A DNA stretch of 64,000 bases from Camelus dromedarius. Taxonomy: Eukaryota. The stretch covers positions 23,996,001 to 24,060,000 of the forward strand of contig NC_087437.1 in assembly GCF_036321535.1 (NCBI RefSeq), in the 5' to 3' direction. Of the stretch, positions 37,032-48,301 are shown piece by piece; the first letter of the stretch is position 1, and each line of letters starts with the position of its first letter. Both the position numbers and the translations under genes were made by a program. The notes beneath the pieces were generated by a model. It saw only the letters and a program-made list of their open reading frames with translations, was not told the DNA's origin and did not search any database.

Positions 37032-39707
37032 ATCTCCATCCATGTTGTTTTGATGTTTCTGTAGGCATTTCTTTTCCCATTTAAAGGTAGACCTAATAGG
37101 TTGGAAATTAAGATCATAGCATTAACCTCCACTTAGAAAGTTATGTTCACTATACTCAGTAACTCAATATTCTGAAGCTTTAAAACAAATTTCAAAAAAA
37201 AAAGTTCTTCCTTCTTTACACCTGGAAATTCTCACCTCAACATACAAATTCATACATTCATAATGCTCTTGCCTTTTGTCCCAGCCTTCCCCATTCATCC
37301 CAGTCTAAATACTCTCTGAACAGCCGATTTATCTCTTTCCCCATGTTAGGCACATTTTACTTATTTTTTATAGACATTCACATTGTTTTATAACAATATT
37401 TACAATATTATCATATAACAACACTTGTATTAATTCTCTTTTGTTGGACTAAACTTCTTGTAGGTTGATACTGTCTCAGCTCCTCACACAAAACCTGGCA
37501 CATGGTAGAAACCCAAACAAAGTGTGTTAAATCAATAAGTAAAAAAAAAAAAAAAAAAAAAAAAACTTTGGCAAAATAAGTAGCATTTCAAGAAGAAAGT
37601 CCCTACTCTCCTTTTCACCAGGAGCTGTGGAGCGGGTATTAATTCTTCATTCCTCCCTTCTTTCTTTGTTCCTTAAATTATATTCCTACTTTCAGAAGAG
37701 AACTGTACCTTTCAAAGCCATGTATCTCATTCTTTGTTAAAGGACCTAGCTAAGATTCTGTGAAAATTTCATTGCCCTCTATAAATGTTTTAGAGACTCA
37801 GAGACAAAAAGATCCAGGCCTGTGAGAAGTGTAATGAGTCCTACTATGGTTATTTGTGATGGGGATTTAACTGCTTTGCTTGTGAGCTTCAGCTAAGGAA
37901 ACAGATTACCTTCATCATGTGCTGATACCCCAGGGTCGATCTAAGTTCTGCTCCACTCTGGAAGGGCATCCTGGGGGTGTCAGCAAACACTAAAAGCTGA
38001 ACCTTGTAAACCTGTCAGCCGGGGAACAAAAAATTATTACTGGGGACAAACTTCCACTCAATACTCTTTTTTCTTATACAAGACTTAAAACTAATCAATA
38101 AATCATCACAGATGCATTTCAAAGTTGAAATCCAATTCCCTAATAATTGAAATACTTGCACAGAAAATATTGCCTATTGAATGTTTTAGAATGTGGGGAA
38201 TAGCAGAGCTATAATTAAAGAGAATATTTATAAAAGACATAACTTCTTGGATTAAATCATTATAGTGTCATGAATGTCAAAACATGATTTGGTTAATGTT
38301 ACTTTATCATTAAAATTTTCAGTGTATCTTTGTGTTTCCCATAAATGGTCACTTTGCTTGTTTTCAAAATTTATTTGTCACTGTTAAGCAGTATCATCTT
38401 TTTTCTACAAGCTTTAAAAATTGTGAGAGCTCTATTTAAAATGTCTGTAAAATGTTTCTCCCCTCCCTCCCACCACCAATGCACAATACTAATACATTAT
38501 GATGACAGTAGCTGGTGTCTATTAAAAAGTAAAAGAAATGTATATGATTGTCACATGTAAAAATACAAGCCAAATATCAACTGTGTAAGAAGACATTTAA
38601 AATTTTTCTTTCATGTTTATTCAGCAAATGTTTCCTAAAAGATTTTCCTTGAAGCAAAGCAATTTAATTTTCCTTTTCATATTATTCTCGGTGGTTATAA
38701 ACTTAATTAGCTCTGTATGGTTTACATTTATATGCACTCATGATAAATGTAATCTTTTCTTAGCATAACTTTTTGAAATCAAAAGATGAACTAAAAAGAT
38801 GTAAGTTTGATTAGTGCAACAAGAACAATAACAAGTAATCATAGCAATGAGATGTTAATTGGTGTCTGCGTGGTTCTATTCATAGTAACAATGGGACATA
38901 ATATCTCTGTGTCCTTTACTGTTCCACAACACTTTGCCAGATTGTTTATTATAATGCCAATTATATTGCACTTGAAATTCATAGATATTTTAACAGCACA
39001 ATGGGACGTGGATAGAACAAAATAATTTTTTTTCAACAGGAAATCAGTGTTTATGTTGCCAAAAATGAGAAAGGTTTGAGAATTTTAATTTCTCAAAAAT
39101 CTTGGTTAGGGTGTATTTGCATTTAGAGATTGATCAGTTTTCTGAACAAGAAGCACATAAATGAAAATGCACGTCAATTTTCTTTTCATAGAAATTATAT
39201 TCAATAATTTTAGCATGGCAAAGTATCTTAGATATAGATGAGAGGGAACCTTGACTTGCTGCTTTGTGCGCCAGCAGAGCTACTGGATACTTCTGGCTGT
39301 ATCAAGTCACCTGAAATAAAACAACGCTGGCCATTGTCTAGTGATTTATATTTCTGTTGAGCAAATTTAGACAATTTCAGGGTGGATGGGAATGAAAACA
39401 TTTGTAGTCAGAGTTCTTCCATTTAACTGCTGTATAATTTGTTTCCCTTGCAATGGCCAATTATTAAAAATTTTAATGATTTTATAAACTCTGCCTTAAA
39501 TCTGTTAAGATTATGGAGAAAAAAACCCACTAGAAATAAATAAGCTCAGTTAAGAAGCTATCCAATGAACAGTGCTGGTACTATGTATTTTCTCAAAATA
39601 TTAATCATAATTAAAATTTGGGTCCCTCTGTTCATGTGTTTACATATAACAAACTTGAAATAATATTATTTACATAAAATGTTAGATTTTATAACAGCAT
39701 AAAGTTG

Positions 39708-39930
39708 GTAATAATACTATAATGACAGCTATCATTTATTGAATACTTTCTATTTCAGGCACTAGGATAAGCACTTTAAGTACACTTCATCCTATCCTAA
39801 ACTCCAAAGAAGCAGTTTATAGATTTATAGATGAAAAACCTGAAGCTTAAAGATAAGGAACTTGTCCAAGATTTCATAGTTAATCTGTGTGGGAAATGGG
39901 ATTTGAATAAAGGCCAGTGTGTTGCCAAAA
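39708..39930 (-). mobile_element. MIR SINE
   Basis: 'agctatcatttattgaatacttt...aggcactaggataagcacttta...atagatgaaaaacctgaagctt...aacttgtccaag...gggatttgaa'. Confidence 0.85.
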
Positions 39931-39959
39931 CTTATTTCTTTATAAAAATAATTTAAAGA

Positions 39960-41070
39960 ATTTTTAAAGTTGAAGTTACACTCAATTTTTATAAACAAAT
40001 ATAAAAGTCATTAAATATGGGCATGAACAGAGTAAAAAAATTAAATATCCTAGAGATAACTGCTATTAAGAATTTGGTGCTTTTCTTTACATATATACAT
40101 ATAAACATATTTCTACTGAAATAGATCATATAATATTAATCATTTGTGCTTCTGTCTTATTTCCACCTAAGAATTATTTTGATTATATTTTTTGAAAATG
40201 CAGATAAGATCACTTTGTTCTTTCTCTTGCTAACCTAATAAAATATTGCACTGATTTATCATGACTTATTTAGCTAGTACCCAGTTCACTGACACAGTTC
40301 ATTGACACATTGAAAAGCTGGGTCAAGGATTATACATGCATTTAAAATTTTGATAAACACTTCCAAATTGCCTTCCAAAATCATTAAACAAACTAACATA
40401 CTTTCCAAATGTTTTTAAACAATATCTGATCTTCCACTCATTTTCCAATACTGCCTCTCTTTAAACTTGTCATGATGAAAGAAGAATTATTTGAAATCTG
40501 GTGTTGTAAATTACTAATAATTTTCCAATGTAATTATTGTTTAGTTTCTCCATTTCCTTTTTATATTTTTATGCCAGGTTATTTGTATTAATAATTTCAT
40601 TTGATTTTGATTTGCAAATGTTATTTCTATTTGAATATTAGTCCAAACATATGATAAATTTTCTTCTCTCTTTGGATGTGTTTTAATTTTCCTTATGTAG
40701 AGAATTTTTATGGTCAAACTTTTTTTTTTTAGCTTCTATGGTCTGTGACAAATTTAGAATGACCTTATTTAGTCTTAAGATTATAAAGATTTACCCATCC
40801 TTTCCTCTGGTACTTTTATGGTTTCAGTTATTTATACTGAAAGTATTTATTCATCTGGATTTTAATAAGCCGTAAACAATATGTAGTTTCTCATTTTTAT
40901 TAAAAAAAGACGAATCAGTTGCCCCAATACTACAGAATCAGTAGTTCATCTAGCCACATAATTTTAGAATGTCACTTTTACCATTTTCAAAATCCCTGTA
41001 TGAACTTTGACTTCTTTCTTTTTTTTTTTTTTTTTTAAGCTTCATTGATCTGCCTAAATATCCTGGGAAA
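39960..41070 (-). mobile_element. Very old L1ME-like fragment
   Basis: 'cctagagataactgctattaa', 'ttttgataaacacttccaaattgccttccaaaa', 'ttcctctggtacttttatggtttc'. Confidence 0.7.
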
Positions 41071-42254
41071 AGACAGCTTGAAAAATATTTAACAACAATT
41101 TGGTACAGGCAGTGACCACTCTGGGCTGGGTCCTGACCAATTAGAAAAAATACCTGCCAGCTCCAACTGCCAAAGATACGTGGATGCATCCTGGCCACAT
41201 CATTTGCATATTAAACAATACAGTATATTTGAGAATAATTAGCTGCAAACATAATACAAAATAAACGGGTATCATCTGCTAAAAATATAATTTAAAGATA
41301 ATGATATGTATATTATCTTTAACAAAAAATAACAGTTTAGGGCTAATAATATAATAACAAGTAGTGCAGGGAGTGATGGTCAGTGAGGATGGGGAAGAAG
41401 CTCACGCTTGCCCTGTTTCCTGCCACTGCCCCAGGGAAGGGACTCTGAGACAACCTTGGGTTCAGGCTTAGTATTAAAAGGCGTATTCAAATTAACCGGC
41501 TGTGTTCGTTAGCATGCCTTTTACATTGAGATCATTTACCAACAAGCAGCACAGGAGGCTTGGTTTCCAAGTGAATGAAGGTAAGGCTGCGCTCCATTAT
41601 TCAGAGTTTATAGATGTGAGGCACTTGCGTCAAGCAGACCAGCCAGCTTAAATCTCCACTTTCAAAATTAAAGCTATGCCTTGTTGCTTTTGAAAATGAT
41701 CTTGGCATTGGTGCTGATTTGTGAAAAATCCAGATAACATAAAGAGTATGAGATTTTTATTTTGCTTCAAAGGAGACCTGAATTTAAAAAATGTGAGAAG
41801 TTCTGATTTGAATTAATATTCCTTTCCCACTAAGGAGCAGAGTCCCTTCTTCGCTAAAAGTTCCCATGTGGAAATCTGCCCTCCATTCCATTCATCTGCC
41901 GACGGGCCTCCCATCAGATGTCCACGTTGTCTGAGTCCGTCTTGTAAAAGAAGCACTGGGTTTTCACACAGGTTGAGGGGGAAATGAGGCTTTGTTTTTG
42001 GAGAGGCAGTGGTAGTGAGACAAGGAGACGAACAGAAATTAATCTCTCTCTTACCCTCCTCTGCCATGTGTTCTTCCATAGGTTGGTCTACCCTTCCTTT
42101 TATACCCACCATTGTGGTGGTATTCATGTGTGAGTCTTTGGGGAAAGGTCCCAGGGTCACAGCAGCTTGCATTAGACCCAAGCTCTACAACCAACCAGAG
42201 TAAAAAGTCCTTTCCACATATGTTGCCCACCTCATCAGTAGTCCACATAGGATA

Positions 42255-42300
42255 TGAGGCCATAGTCCATGTGTAGTTGAGGCCATAGTCCATGTGTAGT
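42255..42300. repeat. Perfect 23-bp tandem duplication
   Basis: tgaggccatagtccatgtgtagt twice (42255-42277, 42278-42300). Confidence 0.95.
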
Positions 42301-42439
42301 GAAATGTAGCTTTTATCTGGCATGTCCTTTATATGTCTCCCTCCCGAATCAACGGAGGGCAGCAAGGATCAGTTGTGGGCTTGGAGCTGTGGTAAACTCA
42401 ACTGTATTTGTCTGTCTAATACATTTCCCTTTCATCTGC

Positions 42440-42956
42440 TAGTAGTATCTAGTGTATATGTATATTTTCCCTAAGGAACCACAAGTTCCCCAGATCACCT
42501 TTTGTGTTTTGGGCAAACTTAGCTTCTTTTCTGCCCAGAGGCACAAGCATGTGGTTTAGACCTAGCCAATCAGAACATCAGATTTCCTTTGCCTAATAAT
42601 TCACTCATAGATGAGCAAGTGAGCCCCCACTCACCCAAAAAACACACTGAAGTTGTCATGAGACTATTGGAAGAGAGATTCAGCCTAGTATTTTGATGGA
42701 CATGAATTCACAAGACGTAGTGAACGCGTGGGTTTGGATTATCAAAAGCCATTTCACGGAGCCTGTATGTGAAGCAAACTCAGAGGAGGAATAAACCTAG
42801 AAACGAGACATACTGAATTCTGTAGTTTAATTGAATCCCCAAATCAACCCATACATAAAGCCAGGTAGAGTTGGACTTTTCTAATGCATAAACATTTCTT
42901 TTTGAATCCCCAGTTTGCATGGGAATTTATGTGCTTTAAGGAATCCTAACTAATAT
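42440..42956 (+). mobile_element. Old MaLR/ERVL LTR
   Basis: 'gcatgtggtttagacctagccaatcagaacatc', 'gttggacttttc', ends 'ggaatcctaactaata'. Confidence 0.6.
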
Positions 42957-43654
42957 AGGAGGTACAAAATTTTGGCCAAGTATATTGCCATTTCAATGTG
43001 ACTAAAAGGTGCATTTCTGCTTTTGGTCACCTTATGATTTTCACATATCAGGGATACTTTAAGCTTTTCCTAATCCCATGCTATTTTATGGTGGCTTCAG
43101 TGTGCCTTGGGACCAGATCATTTATACTAATTTTGTGAAACTTTTAGAGTGCAATAGACTACAATTATGACTATTTCCTTTAAGGCATTTCTAGATTTGA
43201 GGAACCTAGTATTTATAATTTCATGCAAAAGCTGTAAGTATTAAATCTTGTTCTATAAATGTCTATTCCCTGTTAATCTTGGAATGGCTGGTCTCTTCTA
43301 ATTCAAGCCTCAGTCTCTGTTTTTCTCCTCTCAGTTTTCATACATTTTCTCTCTCTCTGCCTCAATGGCTGGAGGAATTGCTAAGTCCTATAGGTTATAT
43401 CTCAACTTCACTCTAGGTGAAAAGTGTAAAAACTCCCTCCCATGAAGTTAGATGTCTAGATGCAGATTTGGTTTTGGTCTTTACTTAACTTTATTTGAAA
43501 GATGGAAGATAGAAGTGGAAGGTATATGATTGCTGATGTGGAAGTTAGCAAGCAAGATAGTGGGAGTGAATGCTTGGGAAGGGAGGCAGTGGCCTGACTT
43601 TGTATTTGGCATCTAAATGCTCAGTTTGGTGCGGATGCAAGGAAGTTTCAATAG

Positions 43655-43986
43655 TAAGGGAGAACCCGTTCCATGCCTCTCCCCTAGCTTCTGGTGGTTT
43701 ACTGGCCATCTTAGGTGTTCCTTGACCTGAAGAATCATCACGTCAATCACTGCCTTCATCTTTACATGGTGTTCTCCGCTTGTGTCCGGTGTTTATCTCT
43801 GTGTCTGAATTTCCCCTTCTTATAATGTGTCATCAGTCATATTGGATGAGGGCCCACCTTAATGATCTCATCTTTGTTAATGACATGTGCAGTGACCTGA
43901 TTTCTAACTAAAGTCACATTCTATGGTATGGGGGTTTAGAACTCAACAGACATATGAATTTGAGGGGGACACAACTCAAAACATAA
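43655..43986 (-). mobile_element. MLT1B/C-like MaLR LTR
   Basis: 'agggagaacccgttccatgcctctcccctagcttctggtggt...gtcatattggatgagggcccacct...gggggacacaactca'. Confidence 0.88.
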
Positions 43987-44039
43987 TTACCTGGGGTAAG
44001 CCCGATGGGCCATAAGTATCATCATCACATGAGTTCTTT

Positions 44040-44407
44040 TCTATTCTTTTCTTTTTTTCCTAAATTCAGGCAAGGCTTTTCTGGGACTCTATTGCAGCAC
44101 TAGGGAGTGAAAACAACAAACAGGTGCCCTTGCTCACTCCTGCTGGTTCCTTAAGTGGGCTGAGGGCAGGGGCAGACCAGTGGGTAGGGTGGGAGGGGAG
44201 GCTGAGGTCAGCCCACCCCCTTGCTGGTGCAGTGTACAGGGATCATGTGCAGTCCCTGCTGTTTGCTCCTGGTACCTCAGAAATGGCAGTTGGTTTTTGG
44301 CCTTTTTACATCTTACTGTTTATAATTTGTCCAAAGTGCACATTGCCCCAGTTATTTATTTATTTATTAATTTTGGTGTGATGGATTTTATTAATTAATT
44401 AATTTAG
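44040..44407 (-). mobile_element. ERV1-like LTR fragment with A-rich tail, flanked by a 14-bp TSD
   Basis: TSD cacatgagt(t/c)cttt at 44026-44039 and 44408-44421; T-rich tract at 44040-44058; GC-rich LTR-like body. Confidence 0.65.
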
Positions 44408-44725
44408 CACATGAGTCCTTTATAAGAGGGGCGCAAGAAGGTCAAAAGTAGGAAGTGGGCGATGTAATGATGGGAAGAAGAAGTTGGAATGATACAAGAA
44501 AGTAGTCCCCAGCCAAGGAATGCAGGCAGCTCCCAGAAGCTGAAAAGGCAAAGAAATGGATTGTCCCCTAGACTCTCCAGAAGGAAATGCAGCTTTGTCT
44601 ACACCTTGGCTCTGGTTCAGTAAAGCTGACTGCAGACTTCTGGCCTCCAGAACTGTAAGAGAAAATATTTGTGTTGTTTTAAGCTACTAAATTTGTGGTA
44701 GTTTGTTCCAGTACAGTAAGTAACA
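44408..44725 (+). mobile_element. MLT1D-like MaLR LTR (5' part at about 43988-44039)
   Basis: 'agccaaggaatgcaggcagctcccagaagctgaaaaggcaaagaaatgga...gacttctggcctccagaactgtaagaga...tgttttaagc'. Confidence 0.9.
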
Positions 44726-45284
44726 TGAGACTAGCATGCTTAGTGAGTTTTTGTTTTGAAAATTATTTTCTTAATAGTTTATAATTTAAAAATTCATTTT
44801 AATTGTTTGGATAAATGATCATTGACGGAGCCACCAGAAGAGAACTCTGCTTCCTGGGCAATATATCTAGTAAACTGTGTTCTTCTCAGAGAAAATGCTT
44901 ACATTCTTGATATGATTTATTCCTATCTATTTTTCTGCAAAACAGTTACTCTATTTTAATATGAATATGTTTTTTAATAGTTATTCAAAGACTTCCTATT
45001 AGGAGCACCATGTGTCTAGGATTTAATATCTGTCTTTGACATTGCATTTATTTCTTAAAACTTGTCTTTTGATTAAAGCTTTATATTATTTATTCAGAAA
45101 CGTGTTGCATTACTTGTGTCTGTTTCTGTTATTTAAAATATATATCTTTGAAAGGGTTTTGAATTTGGAAGTTGATGTAAATAGCATTATGGGTACAAGG
45201 AAGCTGAGAAATAGATTTGTACATAGTTTATCTACTTCTTGAGCGAGCTTTGCTAATTGTCTCTGAATACATTTGAACAAACAG

Positions 45285-45668
45285 CTGTGTGTAATATTCT
45301 CACGCTACCCTTTAATCTCTGTAGGATTTGAGCAACTCTCCCTGTTTTTACTCCTGAAAATAGTCATTTTGTCTTCTATTTTTCTTGGCTAGCCTGACTA
45401 GAGATTTATCAATTTGATCGATCTCTTCAAAGAGCCAACTTTGGATTTCCTTGCGTTTCCTCTGCTTTTTTCTCCTGTTTACTACTTCATTGATTTCTTC
45501 TTGTATCTTCATCATTCCTCCTTTTCTCTTGCTTTGGGCTTAATTTGCCTTTCTTTCTGTTTTTATTTTATTTATTTTTTTTAGGTGGAAGCTGAATTCA
45601 TTGATCTGAAACCTTTCTTATTTTCTAATATAAACACTCATCTCTAAATTTCCCTATAGGCCTGCTTG
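45285..45668 (-). mobile_element. Old L1 ORF2 fragment
   Basis: 'gactagagatttatcaatttgatcgatctcttcaaagagccaactttgg...ttaggtggaagct...aaatttccct'. Confidence 0.85.
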
Positions 45669-45682
45669 AGGGAGCTCCGCGG

Positions 45683-46659
45683 CCTCCCCCAGTGACAGCA
45701 CACCTGCTTTGTATCAGCGCCAAGCGGGATTCCGTGCTCAGTCAGGTTTTCTGCCTTGACTGCCCTGACAGTAGCCGCAACCTTCCCTGGGACTGGTGGT
45801 GCGAGGGATTATGATTTGCTTCTGTGTTCAAGGCTTTTTGATGTGGGCAGATGGTTATTCCCGTTTCCCACTTAAGTGCAGGCAGCTTTTACTTATCAGG
45901 TCCCCTCAGCAGCGATTCCCCCTTCCCCAAAACAGGGACGAGGCTGTTGCCTTTCCACCCCTCCATCATGGTGAGTACAGTCTTTCCCTGCACCCTAGGG
46001 CTGAAAGTGCTTCCTGCCCAGGTCTGCACAGCTGAAGGCTTTTACTTCCTGAGAGCAGGTTCCAGGAAGTGGGCGGTGCTTCAGCCTCCCCAGAAAGGAG
46101 GACTCAGGTCTCCTGCTCTGCAGTCAGGAGGAGCACAGGGTTTAGAGGCAGAGAAAAGTGAACTGAGTGAGTGCAGGCTCTGCTCTTGTCTGGGACGCCC
46201 GTGGATTCTAAAGGGTCTCACTATTCCGGCTGTCATGGACTTGTGAAATCGTTACTTTTCTTCTTACTCCTGTGCTGTGGCCGCCTCGTCCTCCACTGCT
46301 CTGTGAAAGGTAAAAACACTTTGCGCCTGTATCTCCTCGGCGGCGTTTATAAACCCTTTGACATTGAATTCACTTGGTTGCCTCTTGACCTTAGCGCTGT
46401 TTTTGGCTAAAAAAAAAAGTTATGGTTTGGAGATTTTCTGTTTTTCTGACTGTGGAAGACATGCTGTCTTATGGTTTTGTCCATCTAAGCAGAAAGAGAA
46501 TGATACTGTTGATGCATCTATTAGAAAACAATAGAGGCTCAATATCAACTTCTACATGTATCTCAAGAAATTTGAAGGTAAACGTACATTTTTTTCTAAA
46601 AATAGACAAAATGATAAAACAAGAAAATATAATCAGATAGAAAATAAATGTAGAATTGA
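45683..46659. repeat. Tandem duplication copy 1 (~977 bp): antisense old L1 5'UTR plus a sense L1 ORF2 stub
   Basis: Colinear with 46665-48301; 'gaccttagcgctg...aaaagttatgg...ccatctaagcagaaa' resembles the antisense 5' end of L1MC/MD-type elements. Confidence 0.93.
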
Positions 46660-46664
46660 GCTAA

Positions 46665-48301
46665 CCTCCCCCAGTGACAGCACACCTGCTTTGTATCAGC
46701 GCCAAGCGGGATTGCGAGCTCAGTCAGGTTTCCTGCCTTGACTGCCCTGTCAGTAGCCGCAACCTTCCCTGGGACTGGTGGTGGAGGGACTGTGGTTTGT
46801 TTCTGTGTTCAGGGCTTTTTGATGTGGGCAGATGGTTATTCCAGTTTCCCACGTCAGTGCAGGCAGCTTTTACCTCCCAGTTCGCCTGAGCAGCAATTTC
46901 CCCTTACTCAAAACAGGGGCGAGGCTGCTGCCGTTGTTACTGGGAGGATGAAAATAAAAATTGCCTTGGTTCTTAGTCACCTTAAAAAAAAAAAAGAATT
47001 TTTAATGAGAGTCAGAAAGTGTGATATAAACAGAAGATTTTATTAGTGAAGTAAAATGGTGGTAACATACAGCACACTCCGGAGGACTGGGAGCGGGCCG
47101 ATGCAAGAGAGGAAAAATGGCGCCGCTACTTTGTCTTTCCCGTTTGTGTATCCCGGCTTAGGGGCTTTTTCGTGATTGATTGATTCGCGGCTCAGGTTCT
47201 TTGAGTTCTCAGGCTGACTGACAGCTCAGGTTCCTAGTGATGACACACCCATCCTCTTTTGGGCAGGTTCTTACCTATGAAGCACACAGAGAAACCTATG
47301 GGAGGGGGCTCAAACCGTCATGTTAATTACATTATAATGAGCATTGGGTCAGGTTAAGACGAGTCCTTCTCTCTGTTGTGCAACTGCAGTGTTTGATTTT
47401 AGCCGACTTCTTTGCTGGTCCTCATTTAGAGAAAGTAAAAGGTTCTTGAGTCCCTTATCCTGAGTGCAAAATTACTGTTATTTTCTGGGTTGTTCCTATC
47501 CCCTGCCTCTCCACCGCCCAGTGCTCATTTCTATCCAACTGCCTAACATTTGCACCCCTCTATCAGAGTGAGTAGGTCTTTCCCTGCACCCTAGGGCTGA
47601 AAGTGCTTCCTGCCCAGGTCTGCACAGCTGAAGGCTTTTACTTCCTGAGAGCAGGTTCCAGGAAGTGGGCGGTGCTTCAGCCTCCCCAGAAAGGAGGACT
47701 CAGGTCTCCTGCTCTGCAGTCAGGAGGAGCACAGGGTTTAGAGGCAGAGAAAAGTGAACTGAGTGAGTGCAGGCTCTGCTCTTGTCTGGGACGCCCGTGG
47801 ATTCTAAAGGGTCTCACTATTCCGGCTGTCATGGACTTGTGAAATCGTTACTTTTCTTCTTACTCCTGTGCTGTGGCCGCCTCGTCCTCCACTGCTCTGT
47901 GAAAGGTAAAAACAGTTTGCACCTGTATCTCCTTGGCAGCTTTTATAAACCTTTTGACATTCAGTTCACCTGGTTGCCTTTTGACCTTAGCGCTGTTTTT
48001 GGCTAAAAAAAAAACCAAACCAAACCAAAACAAACAAACAAACAAAAAAAAAACAGTTATGGTTTTGGAGGTTTTCTGCTTTTTTCTGACTGTGTGGAAG
48101 ACATGCTATCTTACGATTTTGTCCATCTAAGCAGAAAGAGAATGATACCGTTGATGCATCTATTAGAAAACAGTAGAGGTTGAATATCAACTTCTACATG
48201 TATCTCAAGAAATTTGAAGGTAAACGTACATTTTTTTCTAAAAATAGACAAAATGGTAAAACAAGAAAATACAACCAAATAGAAAATAAATGTACAATTG
48301 A
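46665..48301. repeat. Tandem duplication copy 2, with a solo LTR insertion and an A/C-rich expansion (about 48005-48053)
   Basis: Direct alignment to copy 1; ~978 bp once the LTR and the expansion are removed. Confidence 0.93.
46935..47548 (-). mobile_element. Solo ERV LTR (~614 bp), relatively young
   Basis: tgtta...taaca termini; absent from copy 1 (empty site gcctttccacccc); minus-strand AATAAA at about 47039-47044; retains CpGs. Confidence 0.9.

Noticed and set aside
37541..37565. 25-nt poly(A) as the tail of a processed pseudogene
   Set aside because: It follows an L2-like 3' end fragment; no TSD or mRNA-like sequence upstream
41163..47543. Cluster of A-MYB-like (T)GGCAGTTGG motifs implying a pachytene piRNA cluster
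   Set aside because: Two of the three sites lie inside LTRs and the count is too small to claim enrichment; small-RNA data would be needed
45851..48006. Duplicated ORFs with identical translations, suggesting a gene pair
   Set aside because: The identity simply reflects the DNA duplication of L1 5'UTR-derived sequence; several overlapping frames are open and none looks like a protein
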